64,000 nt of DNA, taken from Daphnia carinata (lineage: Eukaryota). The stretch lies in the NCBI RefSeq assembly GCF_022539665.2, contig NC_081331.1, positions 10,044,001 through 10,108,000 of the forward strand, read 5' to 3'. The position numbers and the translations under genes were made by a program. The notes beneath the pieces were generated by a model. That model made no database searches. It was not told the origin of the DNA and worked only from the letters and a program-made list of their open reading frames with translations. Below, one piece after another: positions 25,572 through 36,838 of this stretch (position 1 is its first letter; each line of letters opens with the position of its first letter).

Positions 25572-28159
25572 ATGGCTCACTTATCAGCTGGTAAAGTAAA
25601 CTTCAGCGCGCTTAGAGAGCTAGCCAGAAAGGTATTGTTATTATTAACGTTCGAAATATGGGAACACACTGATGTACTTTGATATTGTTTGGGTCACAGG
25701 ATCTTGTTAGCCTTTTGGAGAAATTTAATGGAACAAAGGTAAAAATTTCTGCTTATTCAAGCTTCCAAGACAGTACAGTAAAATTTATCTGTTTGGGTTG
25801 CAATTGTGCTAGGCTATTTTTTGGGATGAAGAGCTGACGGGACCCATTGGGTTGGTGGCTGAATACAGCTTTCTAAAAGAACTCGATGTTGTCAAAATGT
25901 TCCAGCTAAAGCGGGGACGCATACCTTCTGTCTCTGTTAAAAATATATTGTTCATTACAAGACCTCAAATTGAACTTATGGATTGTATTGCAGATAATCT
26001 GCATTGGTATGATAAATTAAATCATAATTTCAGTTATTCTTAAGTCTTACATGTTCTAAATGCAGTGAAGAAAACCAAGGTCACTCTGCCACCAAGGAAT
26101 ATCAACTGATTTTTGTGTCCAGAAGATGTGCAGTGTGTGAACAGAGGCTGAAGGTTGGTCGTAATTCCTTTAAAATAATAACTAAGAAAAAAAATAAAAC
26201 ATACTTCAAAATTAAAAAGTAAATGCATATTAATCATTAGGATAAAGGAGTTTATGGAACACTCACTTCAGTTGATGAATTACCCATTGATTTCTATCCA
26301 CTAGACAGTGATGTAATTTCAATGGAACTTGATAGCATTTTCAAGGTAAAAAACATTTTTTTTGAGTATGAATCAACTTTTAAAAGGAATGCCATTTGGG
26401 AATTTGTTAACTCGCCCCCCAGGATTTGTATGTTGATAACGATACCAGCTCTTTGCACCAAATTGCTCGTGGACTGATGACCGTTCAAAGTCTCTATGGT
26501 ATTTTCCCTAACATTGTCGGTAAAGGCCGCCATGTCCGTAACATATTCGAATTGATGACGCGAATGCGACGTGATATCGGAGTTGACTGCGATCCTCCCA
26601 TGTCTCCGTTGTTTGACACCCTGATGATCATTGATCGGACAGTCGATTTGGTCACACCTGTTGTAACGCAGCTAACATACGAAGGTTTAATTGATGAATT
26701 TTATGGAATAAAACATAGTAAGCCTGCTTGTTTACGTTAATTGGGAAGTAAAATACTAATCTTATTTCTGTTTTCTGTTATTTACGTTCAGATACCGTCA
26801 AACTCCCAGGTGAAAAGTTTCAAGCGGGAGCCTCTGGAGGTCAGTCACCTCGCACAGATGACAGCACAGTTAAATCCATCGTTCTAAACTCAGCTGAAGA
26901 GCTTTACGCTGACCTAAGGTGACAATCTCTGAGAATTTTCTGTTAGTTTTATGCCTAATCACTGGTTACTATTTTAATAGAGACAAGAACTTCTCTGCCG
27001 TGGGCACCACCCTGAGTCGCAAAGCCAAAGCCATTTCAGCTCAGTATGAAGAAAGGCATGAAGCGAAAACAGTTAGCGAATTAAAGCAGTTCGTAGCAAA
27101 GTTACCACAGATGCAAGCTACCAAACAGTCACTTGCTTTACGTAATTGTTAAATAAGATATTTCTAACTATTAATCAAGTTAAGTAGCTCGAATTTCTTT
27201 TTAGATACATCAATCGCTGAATTGGTTAAGGAAATCACAATTTCGGAAGCTTTTCAGGAAGCGCTTCAGGTCGAGCAAGACCTTCTCAATGGAATCGATA
27301 CTGACAAAGTATGTCCTTACATTGAAGATTTTATTTGTAAGCAAGAACCTTTGACAAAGGTACGTAATACTTTAGCTATTGACTTAAATGCAACGTGCTA
27401 TTTTATTTATTTTTAACAAAAGGTTTTACGCCTAATTTGCCTGCAATCGGCGTCCAACAGTGGCTTGAAACCGCGTGTCCTAGAACACTATAAAAGAGAA
27501 ATAATCCATGCCTACGGATTTCAGCACATGATCACTCTTCATAATTTGGAGGCGTGTGGTCTCCTTCGGTTGCAACAAAGCAGTCGTCCTTTTACTGTAA
27601 TAAGGAGGGCGCTGAATCTCACTGTGGACGATGTCAATGAAATAACACCGACTGATATCTCATACGTGCACTCCATTTATGCGCCGCTGAGCGTACGATT
27701 GGTTCAATGGGCAGCCAAGCCTGGATGGAAACAGATTTCCGATGTCCTAAATTTGATATCAGGACCTTTAGTTCAAGAAACTCAACCCATTTCCATGGAT
27801 TTAAGAAGTTAGTAGTATTACATTCTTGATGAAATTATTAATGACTTTCTTATGTTTTTGGTTTTAGGAAATTCGAAGAATAGTATTCACAGTTCGATTG
27901 AAGAAACAAAAGTCACGCTAGTCTTCTTCCTTGGTGGATGCACTTATGCCGAGATCTCTGCTCTACGTTTCTTGTCTAAAAGAGATGATGGTCAGTATTC
28001 TTCGTCGATCGCATGTGCTATTGATATACTGGTATTGCTAATTGTTTTTTTTTTCTTTTTTCAGCTCCTACAGACTATCTAATTGCCACCACAAATATCA
28101 CAAATGGTGAGAATTTTCTAAATAGCTTGTCAGAAACTCTAAACAATTCTCTAGTCTGA
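25572..28159 (+). CDS. VPS33A: Vacuolar protein sorting-associated protein 33A (Sec1/Munc18 family, carnation), multi-exon
   Basis: [117 protein letters not shown]. Confidence 0.93.
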
Positions 28160-28422
28160 TACCGATAAAGTTGCACCGTTATTTTGTCTTTCGATAATCG
28201 ATAAACATCAGGTAAAATGCGCGTTATATTTTTTTTGGAGAAATAGTGCATTCTGCGTTTATTCCATATTACTTGTTGATGGGTGTTGAGAAAATTTTTT
28301 TATCTCTGGAAATTTTCCCATGCTCTCTTCCCATTGTTGACCATTAAACGTTTTAGTGAGGACTTCCGCAATTGTGCCTTCATCAATACAGTGAGGCATT
28401 AACCCTAATTATAAGAGAAAAA

Positions 28423-28460
<38 letters not shown>

Positions 28461-29372
28461 CTATCATCATGGTTGGTATAGAAGCCTCGTTATGTTTGAG
28501 TTTAAATAATTACCTATTCCGTCAGGGTTAGATCTCGGTACATAGAAGCTTTGGACACCACATGTCTTGCAAAACTGAAATCAAATGAAACACAAGTTCG
28601 AGGTATGATGAGATGCTCTGAAATCGGGTTACCCGTGAAATAGGACTGGAGAAAAAGAATTTGTGGATGGGATTGACATTTTTAACATTCTGAACGGTGC
28701 TGTTTCTCCCGCATAAATTGGATTGAAAAATTCTGGCCGTTTCTCTAGCACAGTTTCAGTCCTATTTCACCGCCGATCTGAAACGGTCTCAAATGAATCA
28801 CCTGGTGCTTAGCTTGATGTGTGCCAAAAGTGTATGTCGTCAGATGGTTCTCTCCTTGGAGCAAAGTAAAATCGGTCGACGGAACGATGAAATGCCTGTT
28901 TTGCTTTTTCGTGCATATGCTACAGCTATTAACCAGACGAACCCATATGCATCAATGTACACAAAATGTAAAGAGAACATAAGTAAAATAACAATACTTG
29001 CAATCAAAGACAATTACGGTCGAGGGGGCTATTACTTTGAAACGAATTTGACCACAGTGGCAGCCTCCGTAATGAGTTACGTTGGTTAAACTCATTATAC
29101 AGCAGAAAACAATGAAACTTTCTGTTTAAGTGTAATTTTTTATAAATATTCTTATTCGATGTTGCGAGACTACGATTGCTAGTTGAAGGCCGCGAGCTTT
29201 TGTTGGCAGTCATTTTTTGTCCACGTGTCAACGTCCTCTGGTAAGAAAAATAAGAAGCCCTTCGCCTTTATGGATCAGAACTTTCTGATGTCTATTAAAT
29301 CAGCCAATTTTAAAATAAACTAAAAAAATGTGCTGTTTTGGCATGTTGCAATGCACCGAATCGAAGAACTTA

Positions 29373-29931
29373 CTAGCGCGCCAGTATGCTACAGCATTAG
29401 CGTGACACATCAAAGTTCTTTACCAAGCCATAAACTCTACGCAAAAACAAACTTCATTTTCGTCTTCCTTGTTAAATTTTGAATCTAAACAATACATAGT
29501 TATCTAGATTTAATAGCATAATTTTTAAATGAAAAACCTGGTGTTCACCCTTATTTGTCGGACAGTCGCTGTGACAAAATATTTTCGCGAAACGACTTTT
29601 TTTGTTTTTTACCGTTTAATTAAAAAATATAAAATGAAAAATAAATTTGGCTTCGTGATCAGCATTCAATTTTCAATCGAAATCATGTATTTTAAGCTAA
29701 ATTGGAAAATTGGCCAAAAATGAAAAAGTGAGAAGGCCTTCCCACTTTTGTCAAAATCGGCTAAAAAACGAAATCTCTTGGAATCAGATGAAACTCACAC
29801 CGTATAATGAAAATTAAACGCTGATATCGACTCAGCAGTTAGTTTTCTCCCTAGCCCAGCCGTTTTGAAAATAAAGAAAACAAAGTGCTGTTGGTGATAC
29901 TTTTTTGCGCCGTAACGTACTGGCGCGCTAG
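29373..29931. mobile_element. Degenerate MITE-like element with terminal inverted repeats
   Basis: CTAGCGCGCCAGTA (~29373) is inverted to TACTGGCGCGCTAG (~29918-29931). Internal ~200 bp (29655-29870) is repeated directly at ~30205-30420. Confidence 0.5.
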
Positions 29932-30043
29932 CATTTCCAATATTCGATGTATTTAAAAAACGATTGATTTAATGAAAAAAAGAACAATTTTCCCGGAATC
30001 AGCATTCAATTTTGAGTATATTCTGTGATTTTCACCCAGTTCC

Positions 30044-30521
30044 AATGGGTGTCAGTTTTTGCAGGATAATAATTTTAAGCCCGTCAAAATAAGCCCGACA
30101 AGATAAGCCCGACTTTTTTTGTTTTTTAGTTTTAATTGAAAAACTATATGGCCAATTTTGTGATTTTATTATGTGACAAGCTTGATTATGTGACAAGCTT
30201 GATTTTTGTGATTAGCGTTCCATTTTGCATCGAAGTCATGTATGTTAAGCCAAATTTGAAATTTGTCCAAAAATGAAAAAGTGAGAAGGCTAGCCTTCCC
30301 ACTTTTGTCAAAATCGGCCAAAAATGACATCTCTGTGAATTCGATGAAAATCACACTGTATAACCAAAATTTAGATTCAGAAACGTTACTCGTTTTCTTG
30401 TCAAGTTAGCCGTTTTTAAATTATACCAAATATTCGTGCAAAATATAAGAAAAGTCGGGTTTATTTAGTCGGGCTTATTTATTCGGACTTCAAATATTTT
30501 TCGGCGAAAACTGCGCTCATT
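30044..30521. mobile_element. Degenerate MITE-like element with ~80-bp imperfect inverted ends and AAGCCCG(A) sub-repeats
   Basis: AATGGGTGTCAGTTTT...AAATAAGCCCGAC...ATAAGCCCGACTTTT is inverted to AAAAGTCGGGTTTAT...GTCGGGCTTATTT...AAAACTGCGCTCATT. Shares its internal segment with the 29373-29931 element. Confidence 0.5.
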
Positions 30522-30744
30522 ATGGCAATCTGTTTTACACACAAAAAAAAAAATTTCGCCAAAAAAAAAAAAAAAAATCACACTTTTTTCTTTTTTTCCG
30601 ACACGTAGACTACGTGACGTAGTCATCTACCGCTCAGACTCGTTATTACTGGCGTAGGCAATTTCAGTCCATTGGATGCCATTCGCAGTTAGTTAAGTAG
30701 CGTGGATGGAGAGAACAACGCGTGGCTGGAGGAACAATTGAAAA

Positions 30745-31505
30745 ATGGATAAGATAATACAACAAAAGGATGGTAAGTATAAACATTATTATATTGGTTT
30801 TCAATTATTAATTATTGTTTATTAGATCAAATTATGAAGCTGCAGGCCCAGTTATTGGAACAACACAAAATATTAGATAACAGCAAAGCTAAGGATGGTA
30901 AGGCCTAATATGTAATGATTCTATTCATTTGCTTTTATTCATTCGTGTTTTGTAGCTCAAATTTTGAGTCTTCAAGCTCAGCTAGGGGAAAAGAACAAAT
31001 TGGAACGGAACAGTTTCCAAACAGTGAAGGAGGTTTTTCAAAACTCATCTCTAACTGAACGTGAGGATGAGTTGGCATTAGGTGAACACAGCCAGGTACC
31101 TAAAGTTTTCAAATAAGAATTCAAAATAAGTATAGAATTTTAAAAAACAATTATTTATTGCTTAGTTATTCAGTCCACCACATGACAGTGTGTTAAATTT
31201 AAATTCTGTTAGTGCTGCACTAAAAGAATCGTTAGTAATAAGCTCATGCAGTGAAGGAACTGAACAATTGTGGGAACGTATTTGGGCTGAAAATGGGTGT
31301 GGTACGGAAACCCAGAAATAGCACAAGTTCAACATGAAACATGGATTAGGTACTTTTCGGTTTTTTGTCTATCGGAAAAGTATTTTTAATGCTATTATTT
31401 TGCATTCACAGATTTTAACGGGGGATCAAATCAAGTCTGGAAGTGTTACAGGATGGAAGAGTGAGCCTACAGATGAAAAAACACTGAGAGTGCATTACCG
31501 TAAGG
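30745..31505 (+). pseudogene. Decayed multi-exon gene carried in the left palindrome arm (mirror copy on minus strand ~34590-35343)
   Basis: Short GT-AG introns join exons reading MDKIIQQKD/DQIMKLQAQLLEQHKILDNSKAKD/AQILSLQAQLGEKNKLE...EHSQ/LFSPPHDSVLNL...LWERIWAENGCGTETQK*, with premature stops downstream. No family recognised. Confidence 0.55.
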
Positions 31506-32798
31506 TGTGAGGTAAATTAATAGAGTAATGCAAATTGCCTAATGAGAAGTACCATCTTGTGTTAATGAATCCAGTACAACAGCAATCCTTTATAGTTCTG
31601 TCACAGCTAGAAGCCTCAAATAATTCTGCTTCTCTGTCTAAAGAACAACTTGTCCTTTATGTTCAGAGTGTTGGGGAAACTGGGTATTTAAATGGCCCTA
31701 AAGATGTTTTAATTTTGCTGCTATTGCAGAGATGAACATCATACATGGACTCTTTAGGTATGAAAGGATTTTTCTTCAAATAATTTTGAATTTATGACGA
31801 AGAATTTCTCCTCCTTTTTGCCAACCAGGTCTTATCTACCAAAAAAAATTTTATCCAATAGGAAAGGATTTTCATGTACTGGGAAAACAACTATCAACAA
31901 TGCAACATTCTACAGGTGCTAGTTTATCATTCAAGAGCCTTATACAATGAAGTTAATCTGCAATTTGTATGTCCTTTCCCAAGCTTCCACCAGAAGTTGA
32001 ATCTATGAGTCATGTAAGTTCCATGATCAACAATTGATGTGTTTAACGGTGTTGTTTTTCTTTTCTCAATATAGGTTAATAGTAACATTGGATCTGAAAA
32101 GATTCTTGGTTGGGGCAAGACACTGAATAAATTGTATTGATTGGATGGATGACATGACATTGCTATACTTAATTCGGATTCCCCAGACGGTATTTGATAT
32201 TTAAAAAATTGAAGTGCATATCTGGGCTCCCTTCTTTTCTGAAGCCCCGTTTCCCCTTGACTCATAATAAGCCCGTAGGGGGTCATGCCCCTACTGTACG
32301 GTATATATAAAAACAACATATACCGAGGTTTGGAGGGCTCTGGCCGGAAAGGGGACGTGGGGTGCCGCTTAGTCCGATGATGTGTTCACGGAGGGTGATG
32401 TGGCTGCCCACAAATCCGAACTAAAGGTTAATCGCTCCTGTAAAAATGTTCCAAATCTTCAGCTCTTCTTCCGGCTTCTCTTAGCCAATCACCGGGTAAT
32501 CTCCCCGGTGGGTCAACAAGGCAGTGTCTCCCCCTGCCTGGGTTGACGGCAACTTTTGAAAGGGCTATTGTGCCTTTTTAAAGTTGCAAAAATAATTGTA
32601 ATGTGCAGAGAATTGTCAATAAAATTTTTTTTATAAAATATGTTTTGCAAAATTCGTTTCTTTCATTGTCTGTGTTAGCTTTGTTCACACATTACATTAA
32701 TCAATTTTTTTTTTTTGGTGTTTTATTGGTTTTTGTCACATTTGATGGTAAGATGACGTGTATTGGTTTATCGTTTATCTGTAAGCATTCTATTATTA

Positions 32799-33213
32799 CA
32801 CAGGGATCGAACCCTGGATGTTCGGCATACCTCGCCGATGCTCTACCAATGAGCCACGAATCATATGATTTTAAGTTGGCTTTTTTTTCTAGTCACTTGT
32901 GGACTTGCATTTACACTTAGAATAAAACTGAAATGCAATTCTGCAATATACTCTTGTACAATATTCTACTTCATTTTTACACATATACTGAGGTTTGAAC
33001 CCAGGGTAACAGGTATCGCAGATAAAAGCTCTACCACAGAGCTAAGAACCTTATGGAAGCAATAGAAAGATAAACATATAGTTGTGAAAGACTGCATAAA
33101 CATCCTAGACGATAACATATGATATGCGATAATAAAAAATTTAAATATATCTCGTAGCTCAATGTTAGAGCATCGGCGTTGCACGCTGAATGTCTGGGGA
33201 TCGGTTCCCATAC
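32799..33213. pseudogene. Three degenerate tRNA-like sequences in the palindrome spacer (~32799-32858 minus, ~32986-33046 minus, ~33153-33213 plus)
   Basis: CGTGGCTCATTGGTAGAGCATCGGC...CAGGGTTCGATCCCTG; TAGCTCTGTGGTAGAGC...CTGGGTTCAAACCTCAG; CGTAGCTCAATGTTAGAGCATCGGC GTTGCAC GCTGA...GGGGATCGGTTCCC. D-arm and T-arm recognisable, acceptor stems not. Confidence 0.6.
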
Positions 33214-35559
33214 GAGTAAAACAAAATACAAAATTACTTCATAAAATATCCAGATTGTTCCTTGAATCTAAGTTGAACAGTTCAAAGAGTGTAATAAATA
33301 ATACTTACAGATAAACGATAAACCAATGGAAGCAATGCTTACCATCAAAGGTGACAAAAACAATAAAGGTGAATTAAGCAAGCTAAATATAAAAAGTGTA
33401 ACGTGTGAACACAGCGAATACAGACAATGAAAGAAACGAATTTTGCAAAAAATATTTTATAAAAAAAATTTTATTGACAATTCTCTGCACATTACAATTA
33501 TTTTTGCAACTTTAAAAAGGCACAATAGCCCTTTCAAAAGTTGCCGTCAACCCAGGCAGGGGGAGACACTGCCTTGTTGACCCACCGGGGAGATTACCCG
33601 GTGATTGGCTAAGAGAAGCCGGAAGAAGAGCTGAAGATTTGGAACATTTTTACAGGAGCGATTAACCTTTAGTGGATTTGTGGGTAGCCACATCGCCCTC
33701 CGTGAACACATCATCGGACTAAGCGGCACCCCACGTCCCCTTTCCGGCCAGAGCCCTCCAAACCTCGGTATATGTTGTTTTTATATATACCGTACAGTAG
33801 GGGCATGACCCCCTACGGGCTTATTACGAGTCAAGGGGAAACGGGGCTTCAGAAAAGAAGGGAGCCCAGATATGCACTTCAATTTTTTTAATATCAAATA
33901 CCGTCTGGGGAATCCGAATTAAGTATAGAAATGTCATGTCATCCATCCAATCAATACAATTTATTCAGTATCTTGCCCCAAACCAAGAATTTTTTCAGAT
34001 CCAATGTTACTATTAACCTATATTGAGAAAAGAAAAACAACACCGTTAAACATATCAACTGTTGATCATGTAACTTACATGACTCATAGATTCAACTTCT
34101 GGTGGAAGCTTGGGGAAGGACATACAAATTGCAGATTAACATCATTGTATAAGGCTCTTGAATGATAAACTAGCACCTGTACAATGTTGCATTGTTGATA
34201 GTTGTGTTCCCAGTACATGAAAATCCTTTCCTATTGGATAAAATTTTTTTGGTAGATTAGACCTGGTTGGCAAAAAGGAGGAGAAATTCTTCGTCATAAA
34301 TTCAAAATTATTTGAAGAAAAATCCTTTCATACCTAAAGAGTCCATGTATGATGTTCATCTCTGCAATGGCAACAAAATTAAAACATCTTTAGGGCCAAT
34401 TAAGTACCCAGCTTCACCAACACTCTGAACGTAAAGGACAAGTTGTTCTTTAGCAAGAGAAGCAGAATTATTTGAGGCTTCTAGCTGTGACAGAACTATA
34501 AAGGATTGCTGTTACACAGGATTCATTCACACAAGATGGTACTTCTCATTAGACAATTTGCATACTCTATTACTTTACCTCATACCTTAATGGTAATGCA
34601 CTCTGTGTTTTTCAACTGTAGGCTCACTCTTCCATCCTGTAACACTTCCAGACGTGACTTGATCCCCCACTAAAATTTTGTGAATGCAAAATAATAGCAT
34701 TAAAAATACTTTTTCGATAGACAAAAAACCGAAAAGTACCTAATTCATGTTTTATGTTGAACTCGTGCTATTTCTGGGTTTCCGTACCACACCCATTTTC
34801 AGCCCAAATACGGTCCCACAATTGTTCACTTCCTTCGCTGCATGGACTTATTACTAACAATTCTTTTAGTGCAGCACTAACAGAATTTAACTTTAACACA
34901 CTGTCAGGTGGTAGACTGAATAACTAAACAATAAATAATTGTTTGTTAAAATTCTATACTTATTTTGACTTCTTATTTGAAAAGCTTAGGTAACTGACTG
35001 TGTTCGCCTAATGCCAATTCATCCTAATGTTCAGTTAGGGATGAGTTTGGAAAAACCTCCTTCACTGTTTGGAAACTTTTCCGTTCCAATTTGTTCTTTT
35101 CCCCTAGCTGAGCTTGTAGACTCAAAATTTGAGCTACAAAACACAAATGAATAAAAGCAAATAAATAGAATCATTACGTATTAGGCCTTACCATCCTTAG
35201 CTTTGCTGTTATCTAATATTTTGTGTTGTTCCAATAATTGGGCCTGCAGCTTCATAATTTGATCTAATAAACAATAATAATAATTGAAAACCAATATAAT
35301 AATGTTTATACTTACCATCCTTTTGTTGTATTATCTTATCCATTTTTCAATTGTTCCTCCAGCCACGCGTTATTCTCTCCATCCACGCTACTGAACTAAC
35401 TGCGAATGGCCTCCAATGGACTGAAATTGCCTATGCCAGCAGTGTTTCCACTTTCCGCAAAGTGGTATCCCTAGAACGTTGCCAGACTGGGGACATAAAT
35501 CCCTATTAAAAAAAAATAAAAGCCCCAGAAAAATCCCTGTTACTTTCATGGCATACTCA

Positions 35560-35812
35560 CAGTGTATTGGATTTTAACAAACCAAATCATCAAATCCAAT
35601 CAAATCCAAATCACATCATTTGTGGATGTGGATTAAATTGGATTTTACTGCTGAGGTTAGTTAAAGCTAGCTTAGGTTAGTTTAGGTTATGTTACTCGAG
35701 AACTTTTGCTGTCTTGAATGATTTAAAGATCCAATGCAAATCCGCAAAAAATTGGATTTGCTTCGGATTTCTTTGTTTTTGCGGATTTGATTGGCCAAAA
35801 TCCAATACACTG
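35560..35812. mobile_element. hAT-type MITE (253 bp) nested within the larger element
   Basis: Perfect 16-bp TIR CAGTGTATTGGATTTT / AAAATCCAATACACTG. 8-bp TSD CATACTCA (35552-35559, 35813-35820). Internal AAATCC/GGATT repeats. Confidence 0.9.
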
Positions 35813-36764
35813 CATACTCACATGGCCTACTATAATAACGGCCTGTCAGCGCGCAATACCTCCAGCGCGGAGGTACCTAAAACTGCATTGCCAGAGGGGC
35901 GTAATACCCCAACCGAGCTCCACTTTCCACTGTTTGGTAACGAATGCAGAATTGAAATGTGTGGGAAAAACAGTGGAAAGTGGAACCAATGACTAGCGCC
36001 GCGCGTGGCCAGCTTACGGTAGGAAAGGGAAAAAAGAAATGACTGAGGCTAGATTCGAACTCGGGTCTCCAGCTTATATATAGCTTGTTATATCGCCAAT
36101 AAATAATATTACCATAAAAATTCTCTATTTGCACTTACAAAACATACATACAGCTACTTACAAAACCACTCTTCGCTCCAATCACTCCACGCTTGAACTC
36201 GTCATCAACAACTAAAATAACAACTAACAACAACTAAAATAAAATTAGAAAATTAAATTTAAAAAAAAAAAAAATTAAAATTTAACTAAAATTTAGATAC
36301 AAAAAGCAAAAAACAACAAAAACTTACGGGTAGCGAATTGGGTCACATATCCCGATGATAAGCTGCCTGCATCCACGAGCCGTCTTTCAGGCCGTGGGGA
36401 GGCTAACGAACAACCTACGTTCAACGATCACCTCTTCTCTACCTTTCAGTTTGTGGTTCGATCTTCAAGGTAGTGAACAGTACTACAGATCGATTTTTAG
36501 CCTGGCAAGGCTATTTTTTGTCATTTTTAGCCTGACAAGGCTTTTTTTGGTGTGCCATTTAGCCCCTTTATAGTAGGCATGGCTCTTCTTTTTTCTCTTT
36601 TCTTTTCTCTCTTCTTTTTTTCTTTCTTCTTGTTTTCTCTCTTCTTTTTTTCTTTCTTGAGGGCGTAGAATCTTGCGTCTTGATATGTTGTAGAAGCTTG
36701 CGTAATCCGATGAATCTTGCGTATCTTGAATGAAGATTTGGAGGGAAAGGGAGGGGGGGGGAGT

Positions 36765-36838
36765 TGGCGGTGTCGGGACTTGAACCCGGGGCCTTCAGAA
36801 TGCGAAGCGAAGGTGGTAACCACTGTGCCAGGACCGCA
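36765..36838 (-). pseudogene. tRNA-derived sequence (Ala-CGC-like loop) within the hAT-like element
   Basis: Minus strand TGCGGTCCTGGCACAGTGGTTACCACCTTCGC TTCGCAT TCTGAAGGCCCCGGGTTCAAGTCCCGACACCGCCA. Good T-arm and B box; mismatched D, anticodon and acceptor stems. Confidence 0.55.

Noticed and set aside
28590..28815. Small inverted repeat GTGAAATAGGACTG / CAGTCCTATTTCAC, a possible MITE
   Set aside because: Termini and TSD could not be defined.
32370..32400. Hammerhead ribozyme core in the hairpin cluster (CCGATGA-stem-GAGG)
   Set aside because: Deviates from the required CUGAUGA...GAAA core at catalytic positions, and no stem I/III partner was found.
32799..36838. Functional tRNA genes
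   Set aside because: All tRNA-like segments lack intact acceptor and/or anticodon stems; reported as tRNA-derived relics instead.
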